Below, piece after piece: positions 13,501-21,487 of a stretch of 64,000 nt of DNA. The DNA is from an uncultured Acidobacteriota bacterium (GTDB taxonomy: Bacteria; Acidobacteriota; Thermoanaerobaculia; UBA5066). Position 1 is the stretch's first letter; each line of letters opens with the position of its first letter. Position numbers and translations under genes: made by a program. Location of the stretch: the NCBI GenBank assembly GCA_963721385.1, contig CAVRJB010000019.1, positions 901,513 to 965,512 of the forward strand, in the 5' to 3' direction. Below the pieces are notes generated by a model, which ran no database searches, was not told where the DNA came from, and worked only from the letters and a program-made list of their open reading frames with translations.

Positions 13501-16500
13501 ACGACCCGGCGGGGAACCTGCTGACCTCCACCGACGCCAACGCGGCCACCACGACCCGCGTTTACGACGCGGCCAACCGTGTCACGGGCGCCAGCTCCGC
13601 CCGGACGGGCTTCACGACCGAGGCCGTGACCTGGACCTATGACAGCTCCACCGCGGGCGCCTACGGGCTGGGGCGTCTCGCCACGATGGCGGACCCCTCG
13701 GGGTCGACCACGTACGCCTACGAGCGGCGCGGGCTCATGCGGTCCGAGGGGCGGAGCGTCCAGGGGAACGCCTACTCCCTCGCCTACGGCTACGACGCGA
13801 ACGGAAACCGCAGCAAGGTCACGTATCCATCCGGGATGCTGGTCAACTACGCCTTCGACTTCGCCGACCGGCCGCTGTCGGCCTCCTCGGGAACGACGAC
13901 GTTCGTCTCCGCGGCGGCCTACGCCCCATTCGGGCCGGAGACGCAGATCACGTACGGTAACGGCACGACGAAGACAGTGACCTATGACCAGCGGTACCGG
14001 CCCGCCGAGAACAAGCTCACCGCCGGGGCCAATACCCTGGCCGACTACGTCTACCAGAAAGACGCCACCAGCAACATCATCCAGATCCACGACGCGACGA
14101 ATGCCGCCTACAACCGTGACATCGGCTACGACGACCTCAACCGCCTGACCACGGCCAACACCGGATCCTCCCTTTGGGGCACGGCCACAGGCAACAGCTA
14201 CACCTACGACAGCATGGGGAACGTCCTGAGCCTGACGCTCGGGACGGCCCGGACGGCCACCTTCACATACGTCCAGAACGCCTCGTCCAAGAACCTGCCG
14301 AAGCTGGCCTCCGTCACGGAGACCGGCCCCGGGACGCGGACCGTTGCCTACGACGCCGCGGCCAACGAAAGCTCGGTCGGTACCGGGACCTTCAGCTATT
14401 CCACCCGCAACCTCCTGGCCACCGGCGACGGGAACGCGTACACGTACGACGGGCGCGGGCTGCGCACGGTGACCACGGTGACGGGCAGCCCGACGCCCAC
14501 GCCCACTCCCACGCCGACGTTGACACCCACCTCGACCCCAACGGCCACACCCACCTCAACTCCGACGGCCACCCCGACGGCGGCTGCTACCGCCACGCCG
14601 ACAGTAACGCCGACGGTGACGCCGACGCGGACGCCGTCAATCACGCCGAGCCGCACGCCGACAGCGACGATTTCGGCCGACGCCGAGCCGCAACGCCGAC
14701 GGTGAACCCGACCGACGCGACGCCGTCGAACACGCCGAGCCGCACGCCGACGGCGACGATTTCGTCGCACGCCGACCGTACACGCCGACGCGTAACTCTG
14801 CGCGGACGCGCGACGCCGTCGCACACACGCCGACGCCGGTCGACGCCGACGGTGACTCTGACGCGGACGCCGTCGAACACGCCGAGTCGCACCCCGACAG
14901 CGACGATTTCGTCCACGCCGACCGTCACGCCGACGGCGACCCTGACTCGGACTCCGTCGAACACGCCGAGTCGGACCCCAACAGCGACGATTTCGTCCAC
15001 GCCGACCGTCACGCCGACGGTGACGCTGACGCGGACGGCGTCGAACACGCCGAGTCGCACCCCGACATCGACGATTTCGGCCACGCCGATCGCACGCCGA
15101 CGGCGACGCTGACTCGGACGCCGTCGAACACGCCGAGTCGGACGCCAACAGCGACGATTTCGTCCACGCCGACCGTAACGCCGACGGTGACGCTGACGCG
15201 GACGGCGTCGAACACGCCGAGCCGCACGCCGACGGCGACGCTGACGCGAACGCCGTCGCACACGCCGAGCCGTCACGCCGACGGTGACGCCGACGCGGAC
15301 GGCGTCGAACACGCCGAGCCGCACGCCGACGGCGACGATTTCGTCCACGCCGAGCCGTCACGCCGACGGTGACGCTCGACGCGGACGGCGTCGAACACGC
15401 CGAGCCGCACGCCGACGGCGACGATTTCGGCCACGCCGAGCCGCACGCCGACGGTGACGCTGACGCGGACGGCGTCGAACACGCCGAGCCGCACGCCGAC
15501 AGCGACGATTTCGTCCACGCCGACCGTCACGCCGACGGTGACGCTGACGCGGACGGCGTCGAACACGCCGAGCCGCACGCCGACGGCAACGATTTCGTCC
15601 ACGCCGACCGTAACGCCGACGGTGACGCTGACGCGGACGGCGTCGAACACGCCGAGCCGCACACCGACGGCGACGATTTCGTCCACGCCGACCGTCACGC
15701 CGACGGTGACGCTGACGCGGACACCGTCGAACACGCCGAGCCGCACGCCGACGGCGACGATTTCGGCCACGCCGAGCCGTACGCCGACGGTGACCCTGAC
15801 ACGGACTCCGTCGAATACGCCGAGTCGCACGCCGACGGTGCCGACGCCACGCCGTCGAACACGCCGAGCCGCACACCGACGGCGACGATTTCGGCCACGC
15901 CGACGCGTGACGCCGACGGTGACCCTGACGCCGACCGTGACCCCGACGCGGACGGTGACCCCGACGCGGACACCGTCAAACACGCCGAGCCGCACGCCGA
16001 CGGTGCCGACGCCGACGCCGACGAACACGCCGAGCCGCACGCCGACGGCGACGATTTCGGCCACGCCGACGCGTGACGCCGACGGTGACCCTGACGCCGA
16101 CCGTGACCCCGACGCGGACGGTGACCCCGACGCGGACACCGTCGAACACGCCGAGCCGCACGCCTACGGTGCCGACGCCTACGCCGACGAACACGCCGAG
16201 CCGTACGCCGACGGCCACCCCCACGGGCGGCCTGCAGACGATCACGAGCTTCTCGCCCACCAGCGGGGCCACGACCGGGACGACTGCTGAGACGACGCCG
16301 GCGGGAACCGGCACCAGCTCCGGAAGCTTCACCCGGGACGGTCTGATCCCCCGCGAGCCGGCAGATCTCTGGTACGCGCAGGGAAGGCCGGGAGGGCGGA
16401 GCCCGGGGATAGACCTGGTTTCGCGACGCTCGGGCCCGATCGGCCAGCCGGGGCTCTCCGGGTCAGCAGCCTCGCCGCCGCGGCGATAGACTTCGAGGGC

Positions 16501-17756
16501 GTCAAGGAGGCCGCTGGCTTGACAGAGCTGACGTCCGAGACCGGATCGAAGCAGCCGCAGCCGGTGGCTCAGCTGGCGTCTCTGGGGCCGAACTGGAACA
16601 GCTCGAGCGACGGGACCGCGATCACGTTCTCGCTCACGGGGTCTGGGCTCAAGCTGCTCAGAGGTATTACCCCCGGTCCCGACTCGATCTCGGACCAGGA
16701 GGGCGGCGATTTCCGGTACATGCACCTGAGCCTCAAGCCGGTCCTTCTGGCTGTCGGTGGGCGGGCCCCGACCGCCGCAACCGCATGGCGGTACTCCGTT
16801 CTACAACCCCGAGATGAACCTCCTCTGCGGAGACGGAACTTCGCACGACGACCGGCACGCCGCTGGTCCTCTACGAGTACATCTGGTTCAACGGGCACCC
16901 GGTGGCGCAGGTGGAGCCGGGCCCCGTGACCCACTGGACCTTCACGGACCACCTCGGGACACCGATCATTCAGACTGATTCAGCTGGCAACACCTACTGG
17001 CGTGCCGAGTACGAGCCTTACGGCCAGGTCTTCGCGCTACGCTCCCCCGACCAGCACCAGCCGCTAAGGCTTCCCGGCCAGGAAGCCGAGCAGCTCAACC
17101 TCGGCCCGAACGGAACCACGGAACGCAGCTACAACATCTTCCGGTGGTACAGGAGCGGGTGGGGGCGGTATACCCAACCGGATCCGGAGCCTTTCGCGTG
17201 GGCAATTTCGCCTGAAGCCTTCGGGTACTCCGGCCAGAGTCCTCTCCGCTTTGTCGATCGAGTCGGGCTCTACTCCGTTGACGGGAGCTGTTCCAATGAA
17301 CCGTTTGGGACCGGCATCGCGGCAGGGATAAAGGACACGTGTGACAGAACGAAGCCGGGCACGAAATGTTCGGAGGCACTAAAGAACGTTAGCGCGGCTC
17401 TCGGCGGCGGGGCGAACCTTCCCGGGTGCTTCAGCGACCTTTGCGGTGGGAAACGCAACGCCCAAATCAGCTGCGACCCGTGTTTTCCCTACTGCGCCGG
17501 AACCATCGCCTCCCTAGGCGGAACAAAGACTGTGGTTGGGCTGGGAAACTCTGGCTGCCCATTCCAGAAAGGCACGGGCTTCGGCGAGACGATCTTCCAC
17601 GAAAGCCTGCATATCTGCGCATTCGGAAACAAGGCGGATGAACCGGACCAGCCGACGATGCGGGCCTCATGGTTCCGGTACTTGGAGAAGGCGTGCTTCA
17701 ATTGGCGCGATCCGAACCTGCCGCCGATCGGGCCGCCTCGCCTCGGACCGCCATGA
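10593..17756 (+). CDS. rhs: Rhs/YD-repeat polymorphic toxin (about 2,380 codons if read through numerous frame breaks), ending in a HExxH toxin domain
   Basis: ATG 10593 with GAGGTGGAG upstream; signal-like N-terminus. [36 protein letters not shown]...[10 protein letters not shown] reached via +1 shifts at ~11235-11238, ~11345 and ~11415. Dozens of YD-type repeats ([49 protein letters not shown]...) in ORF 10593..14705. Pro/Thr-rich tandem repeats 14478-16225 in mixed frames. Rhs core [32 protein letters not shown]...LRLPGQEAE...[19 protein letters not shown]...[11 protein letters not shown] (ORFs 16519.. and 16902..17756). Confidence 0.85.
14478..16225 (+). repeat. Coding tandem repeat array, about 20 copies of an 84-bp unit (28 aa: [28 protein letters not shown]) plus simpler (T/S)PT runs
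   Basis: Exact 84-bp period between the motif gc(g/a)acgatt at 15502, 15586, 15670 and 15754. Earlier units are spaced 82-86 bp, which breaks the frame. A longer internal duplication occurs at ~15897-16060 vs ~16066-16215. Only the Pro/Thr-rich reading ([15 protein letters not shown]) extends the Pro/Thr linker that ends ORF 10593..14705; the alternative frames give Arg- or Asp/His-rich low-complexity products. Confidence 0.9.
16330..17186 (+). repeat. Rhs core-proximal segment duplicated at 18469-19225 (copy A, in the main gene)
   Basis: About 90-95% identity by eye to 18469-19225. Copy A has an extra 88 nt (16363-16450, flanked by agccgg) and two extra G residues (~16796, ~16822) that shift the frame relative to copy B. 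Identity ends at ggatccg (17181-17186 / 19220-19225), just before the divergent toxin tails. Confidence 0.85.
17271..17753 (+). other. C-terminal toxin domain 1 of Rhs: Cys-rich HExxH (zincin-like) metallopeptidase domain
   Basis: 161 aa after the core terminus VDRVGL (17253-17270). 12 cysteines. Single HExxH ([13 protein letters not shown]; HESLH at 17598-17612). Lower GC than the flanks. Confidence 0.6.
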
Positions 17757-18211
17757 TGAAACTCATGAAACCGATCGTGGCTCTGACCGGAGCTATAGCT
17801 GGACTTCTTTGTCAGCCGGCTGCGCGCGCTTGTCAGTGTGGGGCCATTCCGCCTCCGGCTCAGGCTGCAGAACAATCTGTGGCGGTACTTGCGGGGACCG
17901 TGCTGACCATCCAGGAGACCAGATTCCACGTGCGCATAGGTGACCGTGACGAACCCATTACCGCGAGTCGCGTGGTTGTCAAGCCGCAGCGCGTGTGGAA
18001 AGGCAAGCCAGGGACGTCCATCACGCTTCTGACAGGAGTCACGAACTGTGACTACAGCTTCGAACCAGGAGGCACGTACCTTATCTACGTCGAGAAGAGT
18101 GTCCAGCCCGAGGAACTCACTGCGACAATTTGCAAGCCTACGAAGCGCTACCGCGACGCGGCGGCAGATCGGAAAGAGCTCGGCCCGGGGGAGCTCGTCA
18201 GGAAGCGCTGA
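17753..18211 (+). CDS. Secreted TIMP-like (CxC N-terminus) putative immunity protein / metalloprotease inhibitor
   Basis: ATG 17753 overlaps the toxin stop (ATGA), in the frame of ORF 17669..18211. Signal peptide [26 protein letters not shown], then CQCGAIPPPAQAAEQSVAVLAGTVL...VWKGKPG...TNCDYSFEPGGTYLIYVEK...TATICKP. Mature cysteines fall at 1, 3, 73 and 101. Confidence 0.7.
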   Translation: MMKLMKPIVALTGAIAGLLCQPAARACQCGAIPPPAQAAEQSVAVLAGTVLTIQETRFHVRIGDRDEPITASRVVVKPQRVWKGKPGTSITLLTGVTNCDYSFEPGGTYLIYVEKSVQPEELTATICKPTKRYRDAAADRKELGPGELVRKR

Positions 18212-18268
18212 ACGGACCGGTGGCGAAGGCCGAGTCAAGAGGCGTCGAGGTCGGGTCCGGGTGTTAGG

Positions 18269-18458
18269 GATTTTGGCGTCAAGAGATTTTGGGGTCAAGA
18301 TTTTGGGGTCAGGTCTATATTATCTATTATAGTTCGCCGCTGCCGTTGACCTGGGCGTTGGGTTCTGACCGCTGAAGGTCATGAGCGCTGAGGGGCAGGG
18401 CGCGGTGCGGCTCCGCTCTTGCAGCGTGGCGTGCACAGGTTGATGAAGATTTGAGGGG
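18269..18458 (+). repeat. Inter-cassette non-coding element, copy 1
   Basis: Three tandem 15-nt motifs GATTTTGG(C/G)GTCA(A/G)G (18269-18313), a 21-nt AT box TCTATATTATCTATTATAGTT (18314-18334), and after a variable ~25 nt a ~100-nt conserved GC-rich segment gggttctgaccgc...atttgagggg (18360-18458). Repeated at 20126-20300. Confidence 0.85.
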
Positions 18459-18468
18459 CGGGGGTCCT

Positions 18469-19225
18469 CACCCTGGCCGGTCTGATTCCCCGCCAGCCGG
18501 GGCTCTCCCAGGCTGCCGCTGCGGCGATAGACTTCGAGGGCGTCAAGGAGGCCGCTGGCGTGACCGAGCCGACGCCCGAGACCGGATCGAAGCAGCCGCA
18601 GCCGGTGGCTCAGCTGGCGTCTCTGGGGCCGAACTGGAACAGCTCGAGCGACGGGACGGCGATCAGGTTCTCGCTCACGGGGTCGGGTTTCAAGCTGCTC
18701 AAAGGCGTCACCTCAGGGCCCGACTGGATCTCGGACCAGGAGGGCGGCGATTTCCGGTACATGCACCTGAGCCTCAAGCCGGTCCTTCTGGCTGCCGGTG
18801 GGCGGGCCCCGACCGCCGCAACCGCCTGGCGGTACTCCTTCTACAACCCCGAGATGAACCTCCTTTCGGAGACCGAACTTCGCACCACGACCGGCACACC
18901 GCTGGTCCTCTACGAGTACATCTGGTTCAACGGACACCCGGTGGCGCAGGTGGAGCCGGGCCCCGTCACCCGCTGGACATTCACGGACCACCTCGGGACG
19001 CCGATCATTCAGACTGATTCAGCCGGCAACACCTACTGGCGCGCCGAGTACGAGCCCTACGGCCAGGTCTTCGCGCTCCGCTCCCCCGACCAGCACCAGC
19101 CGCTGAGGCTTCCCGGGCAGGAAGCCGAGCAGCTCAACCTCGGCCCGAACGGAACCACGGAGCGCAGCTACAACATCTTCAGGTGGTACAAGCCGGGGTG
19201 GGGGAGGTACACCCAGGCGGATCCG
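18469..19225 (+). repeat. Rhs core-proximal segment, copy B (orphan module)
   Basis: Homologous to 16330-17186 (see copy A). Reading frame intact throughout. Confidence 0.85.
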
Positions 19226-19741
19226 CTCAGCTTCCTCGACCCGCCAGATATCGGGCGCCTGCAGGCATTCCGCCGCTTGTCACCCTACCTCTACGTGGAC
19301 GCCAACCCGCTGAGACTCCGCGAAATCCTTGGTCTTTGCACAAGTTGCGATCCCTGCCCCAGCGGGAACTGGAAGCTCGACATGACCGCCGGCGTCTCGG
19401 GCGGCGCCGGGTTTGGCGGCAGTAAGGGACGCGGAAGGCTAATCTGTCACAATCCAAACGACCTTGTCCACGAATACGTGACGAGACCTGTAGACGTTGA
19501 GTGCTGGTGGGGCGGCCCCATGTTAGCCGTGGGCGTGGGCGGAGACGTGCAGTTCAGGGGCTACGCCGTAACCGGAACCTGCCGGCCTGAGAAGCTTCAT
19601 TCCTTTGGCTTCACGAACAGCTTTGGCAGTTTTGGACCGATTTCAGTCACCGGAGATCCGTCCGGGTTCGGCATCGGCATTTCAGTTTTTGACTGGGGCG
19701 CTGGCTTCGCCCGGCAGGAATGCTGGGTCAGGCCTAGATGA
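18560..19741 (+). CDS. Orphan Rhs C-terminal module: Rhs core fragment + alternative Gly/Cys-rich toxin domain
   Basis: ORF 18560..19741 (GTG start assigned by the track; homology to the main gene begins upstream at 18469 without an obvious start). Core [32 protein letters not shown]...RWYKPGWGRYTQADP...YLYVDANPLRLREILGL (core ends 19336). The 134-aa tail CTSCDPCPSGNWKLDMTAGVSGGAGFGGSKG...MLAVGVGGDV...GFGIGISVFDWGAGFA is unrelated to toxin 1. Confidence 0.8.
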   Translation: MTEPTPETGSKQPQPVAQLASLGPNWNSSSDGTAIRFSLTGSGFKLLKGVTSGPDWISDQEGGDFRYMHLSLKPVLLAAGGRAPTAATAWRYSFYNPEMNLLSETELRTTTGTPLVLYEYIWFNGHPVAQVEPGPVTRWTFTDHLGTPIIQTDSAGNTYWRAEYEPYGQVFALRSPDQHQPLRLPGQEAEQLNLGPNGTTERSYNIFRWYKPGWGRYTQADPLSFLDPPDIGRLQAFRRLSPYLYVDANPLRLREILGLCTSCDPCPSGNWKLDMTAGVSGGAGFGGSKGRGRLICHNPNDLVHEYVTRPVDVECWWGGPMLAVGVGGDVQFRGYAVTGTCRPEKLHSFGFTNSFGSFGPISVTGDPSGFGIGISVFDWGAGFARQECWVRPR

Positions 19742-20118
19742 CACCCATGAGGAAAACGCGCCGTTTCTGGTTCGGTCTACTTGGTTGGTTGACGCTCGTG
19801 GGCGTCTTTGGCCTGATCGCGAGCGTGTTCCTGACGTTCTTTCACGCCCCGATCACGCAAGCCTGGATGGAAGAGGACAGTCCCTGGGCTATTTTTGGCT
19901 TCTTCATGCTGGCAGCTGTCGGCACGTTGTCAATGATCGTCCATCTCAATGTTACTGACGAACTGAGCGAAGAGGAGAAAAGCAGTTGGCGGTCTCTCTT
20001 GGCGATCGGCGGTCCGTTAGCAGCTTGTTTCTATTTCTTCCGCGGTGGCCGGAGCCCAAACTCTCGGGCCCTCTCTCGGATGGGGAAGGTGACTTGGAAC
20101 AGGCCGTTTCGCCGCTGA
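19738..20118 (+). CDS. Small integral membrane protein, putative immunity protein for orphan toxin 2
   Basis: ORF 19738..20118, ATGA overlap with the orphan toxin stop. About 3 hydrophobic segments (FWFGLLGWLTLVGVFGLIASVFLTFF, WAIFGFFMLAAVGTLSMIVHL, WRSLLAIGGPLAACFYFF). Low GC. Confidence 0.6.
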   Translation: MTPMRKTRRFWFGLLGWLTLVGVFGLIASVFLTFFHAPITQAWMEEDSPWAIFGFFMLAAVGTLSMIVHLNVTDELSEEEKSSWRSLLAIGGPLAACFYFFRGGRSPNSRALSRMGKVTWNRPFRR

Positions 20119-20125
20119 TGTGAAT

Positions 20126-20300
20126 GATTTTGGGTCAAGGATTTTGGGGTCAGGTCTATATTATCTATTATAGTTTGGCGCTGCGTCTGGCCTAGACGCA
20201 GGGTTCTGACCGCCGAGAGTCCTGAGCGCTAGGGGCGAGGCTGCGGGGCGGCTCCGCTCTCTCAGTGTAGTGCGCACAGGATTCTGAACATTTGAGGGGG
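20126..20300 (+). repeat. Inter-cassette non-coding element, copy 2
   Basis: Two 15-nt GATTTTGGG(G)TCA(A/G)G motifs (20126-20154), an identical AT box (20155-20175), and the conserved GC-rich segment 20201-20300. Starts 8 nt after the immunity-2 stop. Not followed by further rhs homology. Confidence 0.85.
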
Positions 20301-20702
20301 GAAGACGCCAAGCGCTTTTCCGCTTTTCGGGGCGACAGCGCCAGCTGGAAAGGAGAGACCTCCGTAGGTACTTTGAGGAAAGGGGAGCGGTCGATGGAGT
20401 GTGTCGCCGAGGAGACCGGCGCGCCAGGGGGCACGAGGGGGGCACGAGGGCCAGGTCTTTCATCTACCGTCTGCTCGTGTAGCGGCGCCCGACGGCGGTC
20501 CGGCCGATGAAGTGCGGTGATCCCCCGACGCCGGGCCTTGGCGGGTGGCGATTACGCGGCCGGCTGGCCTTCGGCGTTTTGCTCCTCCCTTTCTGCCGCG
20601 GTGACAAGAGACGGCAGATCATCGACGCCGAGGGGCTCGCAGAAAGGGAGCACCCGGTGGTACATCAGGCCGACGGCCGTGATCAGCTGCTTCCGGGCGC
20701 TG

Positions 20703-21131
20703 TCAGCCGGTCGGGTTCTCCCAGCGCAGCCCCTTGAAGCGGGAAAAGTCGTTGTCCGAGGAGACGAGTACCGCCCCGTGGCTGATCGCGAGGGCCGCGA
20801 GGTGGGCATCCGTCGTCAGGTTCCCCGCCGTCCCCGTCTCGGCCAGGAGCCGCCGGAGGATCTCCCAATGCTCGTCTTTCTCTCTCACGAGGCGGGCTAC
20901 GGGAAGAGAGAGCCAGGAATCGACTTTCCGGATCGCGCTCTCCGGTTCGAGCGGACGAGAGAAGACCGCGGGGTTCGTGGAAAGACGCAGGAAGCCGAGC
21001 AAGACCGTCCACGGAAAGCCGATCGGCTCGCCGCCATTCGTCGCCCCATGCCACCAACGAAGCGCCTTCCGATGGTGAACGGCGTTTTCGTTGACCGCAT
21101 AGAGAAGAACGTTCAGGTCGACGATCTTCAC
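20703..21131 (-). CDS. vapC: Type II toxin VapC (PIN-domain ribonuclease)
   Basis: ORF 20703..21131, 142 aa. MKIVDLNVLLYAV (first acidic PIN residue), ...TTDAHLAALAISHGAVLVSSDNDFSRF (C-terminal PIN motif). Confidence 0.85.
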   Translation of the reverse strand: MKIVDLNVLLYAVNENAVHHRKALRWWHGATNGGEPIGFPWTVLLGFLRLSTNPAVFSRPLEPESAIRKVDSWLSLPVARLVREKDEHWEILRRLLAETGTAGNLTTDAHLAALAISHGAVLVSSDNDFSRFKGLRWENPTG

Positions 21132-21394
21132 TTGCGGAGCATCAGCTTGCGGAGGATCTCCGCGTCCTCCAGCCGGGTCGCCGCCGCGAGGGCCTTCGTG
21201 AGGTCGATCTGGGGTCGCCCCATCGGGTAGGTCTTTTCGCGGTGACGGTTCCGCCGCCGGGCGGGAACTCGCGAGGCGGACAGGCCCGCGCGGAGGGTCC
21301 GGTTGAGCACCTTCGTGAGCGGAGTCCTCTCCATCCGGGCGCTCTCCTTCAGCTCGTCGAGAAGGTCGTCGTCGATCCGGGTCGTCGTCCTCAC
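21128..21394 (-). CDS. vapB: Type II antitoxin, VapB-type
   Basis: ORF 21128..21394, 88 aa, 4-nt overlap with vapC. N-terminus MRTTTRIDDDLLDELKESARMERTPLTKVLNRTLRAGL is typical of antitoxin DNA-binding domains. Confidence 0.75.
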   Translation of the reverse strand: MRTTTRIDDDLLDELKESARMERTPLTKVLNRTLRAGLSASRVPARRRNRHREKTYPMGRPQIDLTKALAAATRLEDAEILRKLMLRK

Positions 21395-21398
21395 GGAG

Positions 21399-21433
21399 GC
21401 ATCATAGCATCATCTTTGCTGATGCTGAGATGC
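21399..21433. promoter_or_regulatory. Imperfect palindrome immediately upstream of vapB (candidate VapB operator)
   Basis: GCATCAT-A-GCATCAT-CTTTGC-TGATGC-TGA-GATGC. Two direct GCATCA half-sites face two inverted (T/A)GATGC half-sites, 5 nt from the vapB start in a low-GC spacer. Confidence 0.35.
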
Positions 21434-21487
21434 GTATTTCTTTCCGATTCCCGGACGGGAAGAGCACCGGCGCTTCATCCTGCCCGT

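Noticed and set aside
14478-16225. Regular repeat array considered as a possible CRISPR array.
   Set aside because: The units are contiguous 84-bp tandem copies without unique spacers. They lie inside the rhs reading frame and translate to a coherent Pro/Thr-rich repeat. No cas genes are nearby.
20161-20510. ORFs 20161..20463 (-) and 20292..20510 (+), plus a 37-codon ORF just downstream of vapC (~20590-20700, minus strand).
   Set aside because: They overlap the non-coding repeat element or have no coding-like composition or motif. There is no support beyond being open frames.
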